A DNA stretch of 64,000 nt from a virus (lineage: Duplodnaviria; Caudoviricetes): positions 2,815 through 66,814 of IMG/VR virus record IMGVR_UViG_3300028561_000007. One strand, written 5' to 3'. The position numbers and the translations under genes were made by a program. The notes under the pieces were generated by a model that worked only from the letters and a program-made list of their open reading frames with translations, was not told where the DNA came from and did not search any database. Position 1 is the first letter of the stretch, and every line of letters begins with the position of its first letter. Of this stretch, positions 46,377-56,600 are shown one piece after another.

Positions 46377-48191
46377 TTAGTTTCCAAGCAAAGAACCGCC
46401 GCCCAGCAGCCCTGCCCCCGCGCCGCCAAAGCCCCCGTGCCCGCCGCCGATATATGGATTTACGATTTTGTTATTTTCGTATGCTCTGCCGATCCGTTTG
46501 GCATAATCCTTGTCTCCATCAACTGTCGGGTGCGTTCCGTCAGAATCGACATTCCAAGAATCAACATACGGAACAGACAGTGTATAAACACCCGCTTTGA
46601 TTAGATCGTTAAACCGCTTTTGCGTTTTCTGTTCCTTAATCAACTCAACGCCTGCATGAGCAGCGTAGGCCATCTGACCGCACAAAATCACGTCGTTTCC
46701 TGCCTGCCTTGCCTGCGATGCCATACGCAACACAGTGCTGGCCAGCAGACCGGCCAGAGTATAACAATCCTCGTCAGTCGTGACGCTGCTGACACCTTGT
46801 GCTACATCATTAAGGCCGGGGCCGTTCACAAACACCGCTACAATGTCTTTATATGCACTTAGACCGGAGTTGTTCCACCGATTAAACAGAGCGGTGTGCG
46901 TTGTATAATCTGTAAGGACTTTATTACCGGTGATCCCGCCGTTAATAACATATCGATTTTCGGAAAAGTCGGTTTTCATTCGATTGGCCACGTGAGCCAG
47001 GGACGTCTTGCCGCCCGAATAGGCAGAACAGAACGAATCGCCCAGAGCCAGGATCGGCTTGCGGCAGACGACAATCCGCGTCGCCTGCGCGTCGCCTGCG
47101 CTGCCGCCGGAGGCAATCGTCAATCGACGAATTGGGTTTCCAGCAATATTCAGGCTCAAATCAACTGACCCACTGGTGTTCAAAAGAACATGCTTGATGT
47201 CTGAATCACTCAATCCTTGCCCATTTTCGTAATTAACAAAGATTGAATCTAATTTACCGTTAGATACATTATGTCTAATGTATGTTGTAATAACATCACT
47301 CTCTTGTCCCGTTACTGATTGGCTGTAGGTATCGGAAAAATCAGACCCGGCAAATAAGGCCAATTTGTCGTCGTCGTCGCCGGCCCCGTCATAACTGTGA
47401 TTCAAGGTCCACGCCGTCGCGATGGTCGCGTCCGTACTTTTCATATATTTCCCGACGATTTGCAGATCGTCCTCGTCTGGCGTTTTGTGATCCACAATCA
47501 CATAGTAATTTTGATTGATAAAGGCAGGGATCTCAAATTGGCTCCCGTCGCCGAAGGTGCCCGCCTCGTCATAAATTACATACTCTTTCGTCTTGACTGT
47601 TCCATTCATCAGCAGGGCCATGTTCGCATAGGTGGTATTGCTCAGCGCAGTGGTATCGCCGGTGCCGCGAATCAGGTTGTTGCCTACTTCCTCCAAAAAT
47701 ACAAACGCCACAGAAGGATTAGAACCGGTGGTGAAACCCAGAAAATCGCCCGCCTTAACTTCAATTCCGGCCGCCTCGACATTTAGCGTTACCCCGCCGT
47801 AGGTCGCCGAGGTGTCGTAATTGGCCCGCGTTGCATTCGTTGTCGCCGCCTGCCATGCAAGGATATGAGTCAATGCGTTAATTTCGCCGACCAGGGTGTA
47901 GGGCGAACTGGAGCCGCGAAGTACTTTGATTTTAAAAATTCCGGTATCTGTCCCGCTGTCGTACAGCCGAATATACACACGGCTGAGCAGGCCGCCGCAG
48001 GTAAATGGATGCCCAGGATCGGCATAAGTAAAACCATAACCAGTCACTACTTTCCCGTTTACATTGGCCAGGCCGTAACCGGCGGAAACTACAGGAACCG
48101 GCGTACTATCATATTGGGCCCAGCACAGGCCGGCAAAGAGCAGAAACGCTAAGATCAGTCGTTTTTTCATTTTAAATAATTCTTTAATCAT
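46377..48191 (-). CDS. Secreted/virion protein with C-terminal SGNH/GDSL hydrolase domain
   Basis: Signal peptide; LALGDSF (block I), GITGN (II), GLND (III), DGTHP (V); Gly-rich tail; elevated GC. Confidence 0.8.
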   Translation of the reverse strand: MIKELFKMKKRLILAFLLFAGLCWAQYDSTPVPVVSAGYGLANVNGKVVTGYGFTYADPGHPFTCGGLLSRVYIRLYDSGTDTGIFKIKVLRGSSSPYTLVGEINALTHILAWQAATTNATRANYDTSATYGGVTLNVEAAGIEVKAGDFLGFTTGSNPSVAFVFLEEVGNNLIRGTGDTTALSNTTYANMALLMNGTVKTKEYVIYDEAGTFGDGSQFEIPAFINQNYYVIVDHKTPDEDDLQIVGKYMKSTDATIATAWTLNHSYDGAGDDDDKLALFAGSDFSDTYSQSVTGQESDVITTYIRHNVSNGKLDSIFVNYENGQGLSDSDIKHVLLNTSGSVDLSLNIAGNPIRRLTIASGGSAGDAQATRIVVCRKPILALGDSFCSAYSGGKTSLAHVANRMKTDFSENRYVINGGITGNKVLTDYTTHTALFNRWNNSGLSAYKDIVAVFVNGPGLNDVAQGVSSVTTDEDCYTLAGLLASTVLRMASQARQAGNDVILCGQMAYAAHAGVELIKEQKTQKRFNDLIKAGVYTLSVPYVDSWNVDSDGTHPTVDGDKDYAKRIGRAYENNKIVNPYIGGGHGGFGGAGAGLLGGGSLLGN

Positions 48192-48204
48192 GTTATTTTC
48201 CTTA
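48168..48204 (+). repeat. 37-bp direct repeat, copy 2
   Basis: CATTTTAAATAATTCTTTAATCATGTTATTTTCCTTA. Confidence 0.9.
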
Positions 48205-48387
48205 CCTGTATGTTTTTTCTTCTTTCAAATTTATTATTCCTTTTGTATGTAATTTCCAATGTTTTTGACATATTCTCCTATGTTCTCCCGTAGGAGTAGC
48301 AGAATAAAACATTGAATATTCTCTTTTACACCTTTTTACTTCACAAAGGTAATTTTCATTATGATTTTTTCTTTTCTTTTTCTTCAT
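48202..48387 (-). CDS. Small Cys/His-rich hypothetical protein
   Basis: 61 aa with C-x4-C and CQKH. Confidence 0.45.
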   Translation of the reverse strand: MKKKKRKNHNENYLCEVKRCKREYSMFYSATPTGEHRRICQKHWKLHTKGIINLKEEKTYR

Positions 48388-48416
48388 CTATTATATTATC
48401 GACAATAAAGTCAATT

Positions 48417-49394
48417 TTATACTAAACTTTTACCAGACCAAACAGATTTTTTCTTTCCCCCTTCTACTGAAATAGATGCTTTTATTGCTCTTTTTCCTTT
48501 TTTATCCCATAATTGCCCTTCTTCTTTATTATCTCTAACAGCCGGAACCCACGCACATCTACAATTTGGATGTCTTGGAAGAAGACCATGTGCATCTTCT
48601 ACTGGAATAACCATACCCTCTAAAGCGGCACATAATTCACATACTTTATCATCTCCTGCTGTCATCCATTCTGCCTCTACCCCAACTTCGTCTACCCCTA
48701 ACCGTTCAAAACTTAATAATTGACCTTCTGCGTGTGCTCTTATAACTTCTGTTCTAGCAATAACTAACGCTCTTTTTCTAGTAATCGAATCTATTGTTTG
48801 TGACATTACTCTGGCTATTTCCCTAGGACTTCTACCGTTTACTAAACCATCCGTTAAAATAATACTTAATTGATGAGAAATAGCATCTGTAACTCCTTTT
48901 AATTGATCGAAAGAACGGGTAAACATCATTTGAAGTTTTTCTGTTGTTTCAGGTGCCCAAAAAGAACTTCTTAAAAATTCATCCTGGGTTCCTTTATACC
49001 AATCTAATGATTTAGAAGGGTCTTTTTTCTTAACATCCGTATAAGTCCTCATCATCCCCTTTATAAAAGCCGATTCAATATATGGAGAAAGCCAAGGCTT
49101 ATTTTTATATTTAGGTGAAACTTCTAAAATACCTAATGATATATTTTGTTCTAGCCACCTCTTAAATAATTCTACTTTTTGCGGGTCTGTCTCAAACCTC
49201 CATTCTCCTTTTCCGATATTAAATATAGAAGAAATTCTATCTTCTTTTTTATCTTTTATCCCAAAAATATCTAAAGTATCGACCAACTCTACCACTAATT
49301 TACTTAATTGACGAAACCTCCTTCTCATTTCTATCTCAAAATGCCGTCTAAGCATAGTAGTCCTAGTTGGGTCATATTTTAATTGGTTAGGCAC
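48417..49394 (-). CDS. Head morphogenesis protein (SPP1 gp7 / Mu F-like)
   Basis: RALVIARTEVIRAH, WMTAGDDKVCELC, PRHPNCRC. Confidence 0.92.
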   Translation of the reverse strand: MPNQLKYDPTRTTMLRRHFEIEMRRRFRQLSKLVVELVDTLDIFGIKDKKEDRISSIFNIGKGEWRFETDPQKVELFKRWLEQNISLGILEVSPKYKNKPWLSPYIESAFIKGMMRTYTDVKKKDPSKSLDWYKGTQDEFLRSSFWAPETTEKLQMMFTRSFDQLKGVTDAISHQLSIILTDGLVNGRSPREIARVMSQTIDSITRKRALVIARTEVIRAHAEGQLLSFERLGVDEVGVEAEWMTAGDDKVCELCAALEGMVIPVEDAHGLLPRHPNCRCAWVPAVRDNKEEGQLWDKKGKRAIKASISVEGGKKKSVWSGKSLV

Positions 49395-49894
49395 ATTTCA
49401 TCCCTATCATTAAATTTACTTCTTATTTTATTTAATATGTCTTTATGTATCTGACAAACCCTAGACTCTGCAATTCCAATTATCTCCCCTATTTGTTTAA
49501 ATGTCTTTCCTTTTCCATAATACCACACCATAATTTCTCTTTCTCTACCTCCTATATCTACTTTATCTAAAATATCATACAAACTTAAATCATCATGTTT
49601 ACATTCTTCAAACAACCATATAAAATTACACAATGAAAAAAACCCAATGCCCTGCTTCAAAAAATTTCTATTTTCAGATGTCTCTTTTCTCAGTTCATCT
49701 ATAATAATACGAAAACCCTCTATCTGATTTGCTTTTTCTACTCCTCTATTTCTCATTCCTATGTAAAGTAAACTAACTAACGATGTTTTTTCTACATCAA
49801 TATAATATCCTAAATTCTTAAATTTATAAAAAATAGAAGAAACTAATTTTTCCATCGAAACTGGATCATCTATACGAGCATCCATGCTTTTCAT
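49379..49894 (-). CDS. Sigma-70 region-4-like protein (FliA/WhiG-type C-terminus)
   Basis: REREIMVWYYGKGKTFKQIGEIIGIAESRVCQIH. Confidence 0.75.
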   Translation of the reverse strand: MKSMDARIDDPVSMEKLVSSIFYKFKNLGYYIDVEKTSLVSLLYIGMRNRGVEKANQIEGFRIIIDELRKETSENRNFLKQGIGFFSLCNFIWLFEECKHDDLSLYDILDKVDIGGREREIMVWYYGKGKTFKQIGEIIGIAESRVCQIHKDILNKIRSKFNDRDEMCLTN

Positions 49895-49908
49895 CCCTTC
49901 ATTATACC

Positions 49909-50682
49909 CTATTCATTTGTCATATACGGCCTTAATATATCGGCTATTTCTTTACCTAGCCTTTCCATCATTTTATACGCTGTTTTATCCCCTATTTCAC
50001 CCATCCATTTATATGCGGCCAAACAACCCTCCCTAGAAGTTTTATCTGATTTTATATCCCATACATGCTGGTGTATTACTCTTACTGGTATCTGTTTACT
50101 CCCTAGATAATCTCCAGTATACCGTAAAATCGTATCTATATATTTCACATCTCCATAACAAAATTTACCTAATAAATTAAACATTTTCCTGCTCATTATT
50201 GGAAACGCCCAGTCATACGCTTTTCCTTTTCCATCAATATTTCTACAATCAAAACTACAAATAAAAACATCATTTTTATAATGTTTATTTATAAAATCTA
50301 TAATTATTTGATCCCAATTTTCTGTATCTATCCATCCGTCATCATTTAATAACCACATCAATTTTCCAATAGATAATCTTGCACACTCGTCATAAAAAAC
50401 ATGAGTACTTTCATATCCATGAAGTCTTGATCCTATAATTAAAGAACTATCTTCCCATAATTTAATTTCTTTTACATATTCTTCTAAAAAAGAATCATCA
50501 CGATCAACCCTTACAATGGCCTGTATCCTATTTTTCTTAGAAGATTTTTCAAACGCCCTTTTCATCGTTTCTCTAGTAAAATCCGGCCTGCCTCTAGAAG
50601 GCCAAAATACAGTAATATCATACACAGGATCTTCAGTGTCATTATACCAATTTGGTTCTTTAGGCATTATTATATCGCTCAT
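49909..50682 (-). CDS. GT-A fold glycosyltransferase
   Basis: WPSRGRP, VRVDRDD, LLNDDG (DxD-like) motifs. Confidence 0.75.
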   Translation of the reverse strand: MSDIIMPKEPNWYNDTEDPVYDITVFWPSRGRPDFTRETMKRAFEKSSKKNRIQAIVRVDRDDSFLEEYVKEIKLWEDSSLIIGSRLHGYESTHVFYDECARLSIGKLMWLLNDDGWIDTENWDQIIIDFINKHYKNDVFICSFDCRNIDGKGKAYDWAFPIMSRKMFNLLGKFCYGDVKYIDTILRYTGDYLGSKQIPVRVIHQHVWDIKSDKTSREGCLAAYKWMGEIGDKTAYKMMERLGKEIADILRPYMTNE

Positions 50683-51472
50683 AAAAATCCTTAAACTCCT
50701 TTCTCCAATATTCTAAAATACCAAAATTATCATTTACTTTAATGTACTCATTTTTATTATCTGCAATATTAAAATTACACACCCAATCTATATATTCATC
50801 TGCCCTTTTTTGCCCAAGTCTTACATAATGAGCATGCCCCTCAAATTTTCTTTTCATCTCTTTCATATTATATCGCACAGCCGTCATATGATGCATTACA
50901 ATTTCATTTTCCGAAAAAACATAATGAGACTTAGACTTTGTAACACGACTTAAATCCATTAAAACTGGATAATCTTTTTCGTCCGCATAATACTCTGCCC
51001 CTATTCTATGAATAAATGGAATATGTAAAATAGAAGTTGTTTTTCCTCTGTATAAAGGAGAATGAACATAATCATATAATTTACATATTGTCATCTCCTC
51101 CTTTTCTGCTTTTTTCATAGCATATCTAAATTGATTAGGAAAATAAAATTCATCTATATCACATACTAAAAAATGAGTACATCCAACTTCCACACACCTA
51201 TTTTGAGCATACCCTCGTTTCTCTCTCTCTAACTCCTGACATCGAACTGCAATATTAGTCATATCAAAAGAAAAATTCATTGTTTCATCTAATAATTCTT
51301 CTTCTTTTAATTCTTCTAACAAAGGGAGAACATAAGGTGCTATATCCGATCCAGTATAAGATTTCATCGAATACACACCTACAATATAATAAGCAAAGTT
51401 TCTTAAACACTTTAACATTGGTTTAAGAAATTCTGCCCCGCTAAAAATAATGACGCCAACGCCCAGTTTCAA
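50660..51472 (-). CDS. GT-A fold glycosyltransferase-like protein
   Basis: FLVCDIDEFY DxD motif, VMHHM; TTG start. Confidence 0.7.
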   Translation of the reverse strand: MKLGVGVIIFSGAEFLKPMLKCLRNFAYYIVGVYSMKSYTGSDIAPYVLPLLEELKEEELLDETMNFSFDMTNIAVRCQELEREKRGYAQNRCVEVGCTHFLVCDIDEFYFPNQFRYAMKKAEKEEMTICKLYDYVHSPLYRGKTTSILHIPFIHRIGAEYYADEKDYPVLMDLSRVTKSKSHYVFSENEIVMHHMTAVRYNMKEMKRKFEGHAHYVRLGQKRADEYIDWVCNFNIADNKNEYIKVNDNFGILEYWRKEFKDFYERYNNA

Positions 51473-52100
51473 AATTCACCTCAAAACACATTGTATGAAA
51501 TTCCCTAAGTTTCGTATTTCCACGCCATTTAGATATAAACCATTCCACAGATAAATCAAAAGTATAGTCATGTTTTCCTTTTGGAGACAAATGATTTAAA
51601 CCTCCAGAAGGAAACACATAATTTTTACATCCTTTTTCAATAGACAATAAGCATAAATCTCCTCCATAAGCATGAAAATAAGGATTGGACTCATCAAACC
51701 GAAGACCAGAAGATTTTCTTATAATAAGACAATGTTCATCTAACGACATTACTTCACAAGGTATATTTCCTACTTTATACACTTTTGGATATGGGTTATA
51801 TATATTTCCAGCGCATTTATAATTCATTGTTTTTCCAAAAGTTCCCATTACCCCAAAATCATCATAATAACTTAAATACTTCTCTATCGTATCTTTCCAT
51901 GTTTTAGGAAAAGAAACATCTTGATGACAACAAATAATTAAATCTTCTTTGCTTTTTTCTATTCCTTCATTAAGCCCTTCAGCGGCACTTTCTGGAAAAA
52001 ACACAGGCACTAATTCAAAATCTTCTTTTTTCAAAGAAGATACAACCATTTTCTTATATAATTCAACATTATTTACTAATGTAACTACTGAAGCGAACAT
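51441..52100 (-). CDS. GT2-like glycosyltransferase
   Basis: SAAEGLNEG, ICCHQDV, SLDEHC, FHAYGGDLCL. Confidence 0.8.
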   Translation of the reverse strand: MFASVVTLVNNVELYKKMVVSSLKKEDFELVPVFFPESAAEGLNEGIEKSKEDLIICCHQDVSFPKTWKDTIEKYLSYYDDFGVMGTFGKTMNYKCAGNIYNPYPKVYKVGNIPCEVMSLDEHCLIIRKSSGLRFDESNPYFHAYGGDLCLLSIEKGCKNYVFPSGGLNHLSPKGKHDYTFDLSVEWFISKWRGNTKLREFHTMCFEVNFETGRWRHYF

Positions 52101-52801
52101 GACATTTCCTCATAATACTTACTGTCCTCTCCCATAACTTTCCTCATATATTGAAAATCACAGTCTTTTATTAAACTTCTAACACTTAATCTTCCATCCT
52201 TATTACTTTTATATGTAACTCCTATTCTGCCCGGCATTTGTTTCATTCCTATTACCAAAGGACTTCCCGGCGAATATAAATATTTTTTCTTTGTCGTCAT
52301 TCTCCATATTCTTAAATCTAAATATGGACCTTCATTAGCCGACGCATATTTCATTATTTCATCAAACATACTTCTTCTAAATGCAGTAGAACAAAAAGAC
52401 GAATGTTTTGTATTCGGATGAATCACATACTCTCTATCCCTCAAAAAATAATATTGATTATTCATAATACCCACAATATCCGCTTTATCCAATAACCCAC
52501 ATGTTCTTTCAAAATAACTACACTGATACCAGTCATCATCTTCCATCACAATTACTTTATCTGTTTTAATTAAAGGAAGAATCTGACAAATTTGAGCGCA
52601 AAGAGTATGTCCATTTTGTCTATTAAATCTCTTAAAATATCGAACAAAATGAAAATCTGGAATATCAGTTTTTTCTTCTCCATCATCCATGATAATCCAT
52701 TCTGTCGGATATACCGTTTGTTTCTCCATCCATTTAACACAAAGAGAAAAAGAAACATTCCTATTTCCAGTTGGGGTAATTACAGTAAAATCACTCATCA
52801 T
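52085..52801 (-). CDS. GT2-family glycosyltransferase
   Basis: TVITPTGNR, WIIMDDG, VMEDDDWY; start adjusted to the MMSDF ATG. Confidence 0.82.
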   Translation of the reverse strand: MMSDFTVITPTGNRNVSFSLCVKWMEKQTVYPTEWIIMDDGEEKTDIPDFHFVRYFKRFNRQNGHTLCAQICQILPLIKTDKVIVMEDDDWYQCSYFERTCGLLDKADIVGIMNNQYYFLRDREYVIHPNTKHSSFCSTAFRRSMFDEIMKYASANEGPYLDLRIWRMTTKKKYLYSPGSPLVIGMKQMPGRIGVTYKSNKDGRLSVRSLIKDCDFQYMRKVMGEDSKYYEEMSCSLQ

Positions 52802-54242
52802 TTTCCTCCGGCACAGTCTGCATAGAATCTTCTGTAATAGCATTGCCTTCAGAATCTTCAAATCGCTTTTCTGCGGCCTTTTCTATTTGTTCCGCCTCCC
52901 CCATTGTTTTCTTTATAAACATCGTTAGATATTCTTTTGGCGGTACTAATTGATCTACGCCAGCCGAAACATAAGTAGACATAGCCGTAGTTTGTTTCAA
53001 AGAAACTTCCGCTTGATCCAAATCTGACAGTGTATTCAAATCAGGCCACTCAACTGAATATTCCATATTTTTAGGAGAAGGAATCACTCCCAACTCAATA
53101 AACCTATCAAAAATTGGACGAATTACATAATTTGTTAAATACCCATTTCTTCGTTCATCAATTCTTGCGTTCCATGACCGTACATCCTGCGAAGACGCTA
53201 ATTTAGCCTCTTCTGTTCCTATGAAAACCCGATACGGCACCCCAATAGAAAGCGATATGGCCTTAAATTCAGCGTCTAAATGCAAAGAAGGGTCGCTTAC
53301 CTGCGGAGAAAGACTTCTCGCCGATACTCCAGTAAGAGCCAAATATCTCTGAAGTCCATTTGACCACTTCTCAAATTCTTCTTTAATCGTATCTGAATCT
53401 ATCTCTACATCTCCTAACATTCCTCGATATTCTGGATTGATTTCAAACGAATACCCCGGAAATGCGCCTCTCCAGAACATTTCCGCAGAACCTCCCAATA
53501 ATTTCCGTATATCTAAAAGCATATTATAAATGCTTTCCATTCTTGGAATCCCGCAAACATCGCTTTCTTCTCTATTATCCGCTAAATGAACAACACGAGA
53601 CCAATGAACTGTCTTATCTATAATACTTCCATGCAACATGTCCTCCGTTCGCACAACATATTCAACTGGCATCCCAAATCTTGGACTAGTAGGATCTGTT
53701 TCCCATTTAGACATTGTTACATTGCCTTCACGAAACGGCTTTAGATAAATCAACTTCCTTTGTTCTATCTCCCCCATAACTTCTCCAGTTTTTGGATCTA
53801 TTCCATCTACTGGTTCATATAAATTTTTCCCGTCATTTATCCCAATAAGCAGAGCACCATATCTGCCAATTCCACTTAAAATATCTGCTCTTTTTATATA
53901 AGAAAAAACATGAAATTTATCTTTTAACTCCTTTATCGCCAGTTCAAATGGAGTCTCTACTCTTGTATCCTCAATTTCATAGATATCCGGCAACATCTTC
54001 CAACTTTCTTCAGACATAAATCGAACTGCCCTGTTCGCTACTCCATTTCTCCGGTACATTTGCACATACTGGTCAATCCCGACAGTACGGGGATAATTAC
54101 AGGCCTCGTCTATGTCCCGATCTCCCATTTCCAGAGCATGTGCAATAGCACTTCTGGATAACGTAGTTGTATTCACTAAAAATTGAGACTTCATCTCATT
54201 CAGTACTTTTTTCTGCTCTTTTGTCAATTTTACCTTACTCAT
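52791..54242 (-). CDS. Portal protein (DUF1073-like)
   Basis: YRRNGVANRAV, GRYGALLIG, VHWSRVVH, IGVPYRVFIG; follows the terminase. Confidence 0.9.
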   Translation of the reverse strand: MSKVKLTKEQKKVLNEMKSQFLVNTTTLSRSAIAHALEMGDRDIDEACNYPRTVGIDQYVQMYRRNGVANRAVRFMSEESWKMLPDIYEIEDTRVETPFELAIKELKDKFHVFSYIKRADILSGIGRYGALLIGINDGKNLYEPVDGIDPKTGEVMGEIEQRKLIYLKPFREGNVTMSKWETDPTSPRFGMPVEYVVRTEDMLHGSIIDKTVHWSRVVHLADNREESDVCGIPRMESIYNMLLDIRKLLGGSAEMFWRGAFPGYSFEINPEYRGMLGDVEIDSDTIKEEFEKWSNGLQRYLALTGVSARSLSPQVSDPSLHLDAEFKAISLSIGVPYRVFIGTEEAKLASSQDVRSWNARIDERRNGYLTNYVIRPIFDRFIELGVIPSPKNMEYSVEWPDLNTLSDLDQAEVSLKQTTAMSTYVSAGVDQLVPPKEYLTMFIKKTMGEAEQIEKAAEKRFEDSEGNAITEDSMQTVPEENDE

Positions 54243-54243
54243 T

Positions 54244-55758
54244 TTATGTTCCTCTCTTTTTATATCCAAACGCGCCTAAAACTATTTTCTTCTTAAACAG
54301 ACGATTAAATGCCCCGCTAGAAGCGTCTATTTGATCTTTATATTTACAATTCGGCCCAAAGAACCTCATTTCTTCTATATATTCTTTATTCCACACCGCC
54401 GGTTTCAACACCACATTCCCCGCATTTACCTGTGCGCTGAAAGGATCTGCCCTTATAATCTTATCTCCTGTAGGCCGATCCGGCTTTACTCGAAAACCGC
54501 TTAAATTTCTCATTGTAGTTTCTGCGCTGTCTTTTCCACCGGACCCAGGCTCTTGTTCTATCCATATTTCTATATTTACCCCGTCTTCTTCCGCTGTTTT
54601 TCGTATTATTTTTTCCCGCATAGCGGTATTCCATTGCCCTCTTACTATATCCAATACCCAATACCGCACTTTTCCGTCTTTTAATAATTCTTCTCCTAAT
54701 AAAGCACCCACCGTAAAACAACCATCATCTTGAGTAGCCGCCTTATCCCAATATCGAACCCGTTTTCCCCATTTTATATTTTCATCTGGATTTTGAAATT
54801 CCAATTTATCGACATTAAACATTCCTCCCTGTTCTGGTATAGGAGACTGTAAAAATTGTCCAGCATAATAATACTGCCCCATTCTTTTTTCATTCTCTAA
54901 AATTCTTCTGTTTAATCGAACTGGATCTAATAAACCGTCTGTATAATATCGCTTCAATCTTTCTGGTTTTACATCGTCATTTAACTCAGCGGGAAGACAA
55001 ATATATTCAATTTCATCTCCCATTTTCTCCAGCATCGCCGCCGTAGCGTCTTCTACATGAAGTCTTTGCATAATTAAAATAACAGGCGTAACATCCTTAT
55101 CCGTTTTTCTATTAAACAAAGTTTCAAACAACCATATATTTGTAGAACGTATTTCTGAATCGCTTCTTGCGCCTCTTGGATCTATTGGATCATCCACAAT
55201 CAAAAAATGTGCGTGCATTCCCGTCACAGAACCCTGCGTTCCTACCGCATATCTCATCCCTCCTTTTGAATTAACAAAATAATGTTTTGTTTTCTGGTCT
55301 TCCCTTAAATCAATCGCTGAATCTTCTTTTTCCAATCTTCCCACACTGGAAAAACAACGCCTATATTTATCGCTTAAAATAATATCCCTGTTTTTTCTGG
55401 ATAAATCAGACGCTACAGGAAGCAATGAATACGACGCGCCTATAATTCTGGCATGAGGCATCCGAGTCCATATCCACGCCGGATACATTACACTGCATAT
55501 CGTAGATTTCGTTGTGCCCGGAGGAATGTTAATTACCAGATTTTTTTCTCTTTTCTTCCCCTCAAACACCCGTTCCGCTACCCTTTGAAGTCTTCCGCAA
55601 AGATAAGGAATATGCCAATTCCATACCGGCGTATCTGCAATTACCTCCTCCCAAAACTCCTTCACAAAATCAAAAAAACTTTCCCTGCAAATAGACGCTA
55701 CTAAATCGTACTCATCTATCTCCAGAGACTGTTTCTGCATATTCTGCATCAACATCAT
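54244..55758 (-). CDS. terL: Terminase large subunit
   Basis: NIPPGTTKS Walker A, LIVDDP Walker B, ILIMQRLH, RYWDKA and KDQIDA nuclease motifs. Confidence 0.95.
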   Translation of the reverse strand: MMLMQNMQKQSLEIDEYDLVASICRESFFDFVKEFWEEVIADTPVWNWHIPYLCGRLQRVAERVFEGKKREKNLVINIPPGTTKSTICSVMYPAWIWTRMPHARIIGASYSLLPVASDLSRKNRDIILSDKYRRCFSSVGRLEKEDSAIDLREDQKTKHYFVNSKGGMRYAVGTQGSVTGMHAHFLIVDDPIDPRGARSDSEIRSTNIWLFETLFNRKTDKDVTPVILIMQRLHVEDATAAMLEKMGDEIEYICLPAELNDDVKPERLKRYYTDGLLDPVRLNRRILENEKRMGQYYYAGQFLQSPIPEQGGMFNVDKLEFQNPDENIKWGKRVRYWDKAATQDDGCFTVGALLGEELLKDGKVRYWVLDIVRGQWNTAMREKIIRKTAEEDGVNIEIWIEQEPGSGGKDSAETTMRNLSGFRVKPDRPTGDKIIRADPFSAQVNAGNVVLKPAVWNKEYIEEMRFFGPNCKYKDQIDASSGAFNRLFKKKIVLGAFGYKKRGT

Positions 55759-56551
55759 TTAACAATCTACCTTCATACATTGCTGGAGGCAGTGCATTTT
55801 CTTCTTTCGACTCGATTGCTTTTACATCTCTTACCTTTTCCAGCAGTTTCCTTTTTTCTTCTAACGATAATTTAAGATCGTCTATAGCCACCACAGAAAT
55901 GGACTTTTTATATACATTTTTATTTATTTCTATCTGATGTTTGGGCTCCATAAACCGATCTGCATTATATGTCCGATTGGCAAAAATGATACATTGTGTA
56001 TCTCCTTCTTTAATTTGATGGTTTAATGCGTCTTCATAAAAATTCTTCTTATGAAATTTAATTTCCGCCATTAACTCAGCAAATTCCGGATCCTCCTCTT
56101 TCCATTTTATAAACGTTCTATAAGGAACCCCTGTCCTGCGGAGCGCGCTGGATAAAGCATAGTTCATCATAACCAAAGAATGGATAAACATTCTCTGCTT
56201 AAACCGTTTTCCTTTATTTTCCAATAATGCCTCTATTTCCGCTACTCCACCTCCTTCTTCATCAATTTTTACCAGATCGTCATACACTTCTTTCATTTCC
56301 GGCGATAATTGCTGGTAAATATATTCTTCAAAAGAAATTTCATTCCCCTTCATATCCCTCCTCATCTGCCTGCCCTTTTTTATGGCTTTTTTGAATAACG
56401 GCTTCTCCTTCAGCCATTTTTCAAAATAAGGATATGTAATGCCGAGTGCTTTTATTATGCGGAAATCAGATAAACCACTTTTAGCGTATTCATACGCTAA
56501 AAATATATATTTATTTTTCCAGTTATATTTTTTCTTTCTTTTTTTTGACAT
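55712..56551 (-). CDS. Terminase small subunit (putative)
   Basis: Two HTH-like segments; directly upstream of and overlapping terL. Confidence 0.7.
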   Translation of the reverse strand: MSKKRKKKYNWKNKYIFLAYEYAKSGLSDFRIIKALGITYPYFEKWLKEKPLFKKAIKKGRQMRRDMKGNEISFEEYIYQQLSPEMKEVYDDLVKIDEEGGGVAEIEALLENKGKRFKQRMFIHSLVMMNYALSSALRRTGVPYRTFIKWKEEDPEFAELMAEIKFHKKNFYEDALNHQIKEGDTQCIIFANRTYNADRFMEPKHQIEINKNVYKKSISVVAIDDLKLSLEEKRKLLEKVRDVKAIESKEENALPPAMYEGRLLNDVDAEYAETVSGDR

Positions 56552-56600
56552 AGTATAAATCTTCTTTCTATTCTCTTTATACTATGTCTATTTACTCCAG

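Noticed and set aside
46394-46452. GC-rich stretch resembling a fourth GGC array
   Set aside because: It encodes the Gly-rich C-terminus of the SGNH protein, lacks strict 5-nt periodicity, and has neither leader nor tail.
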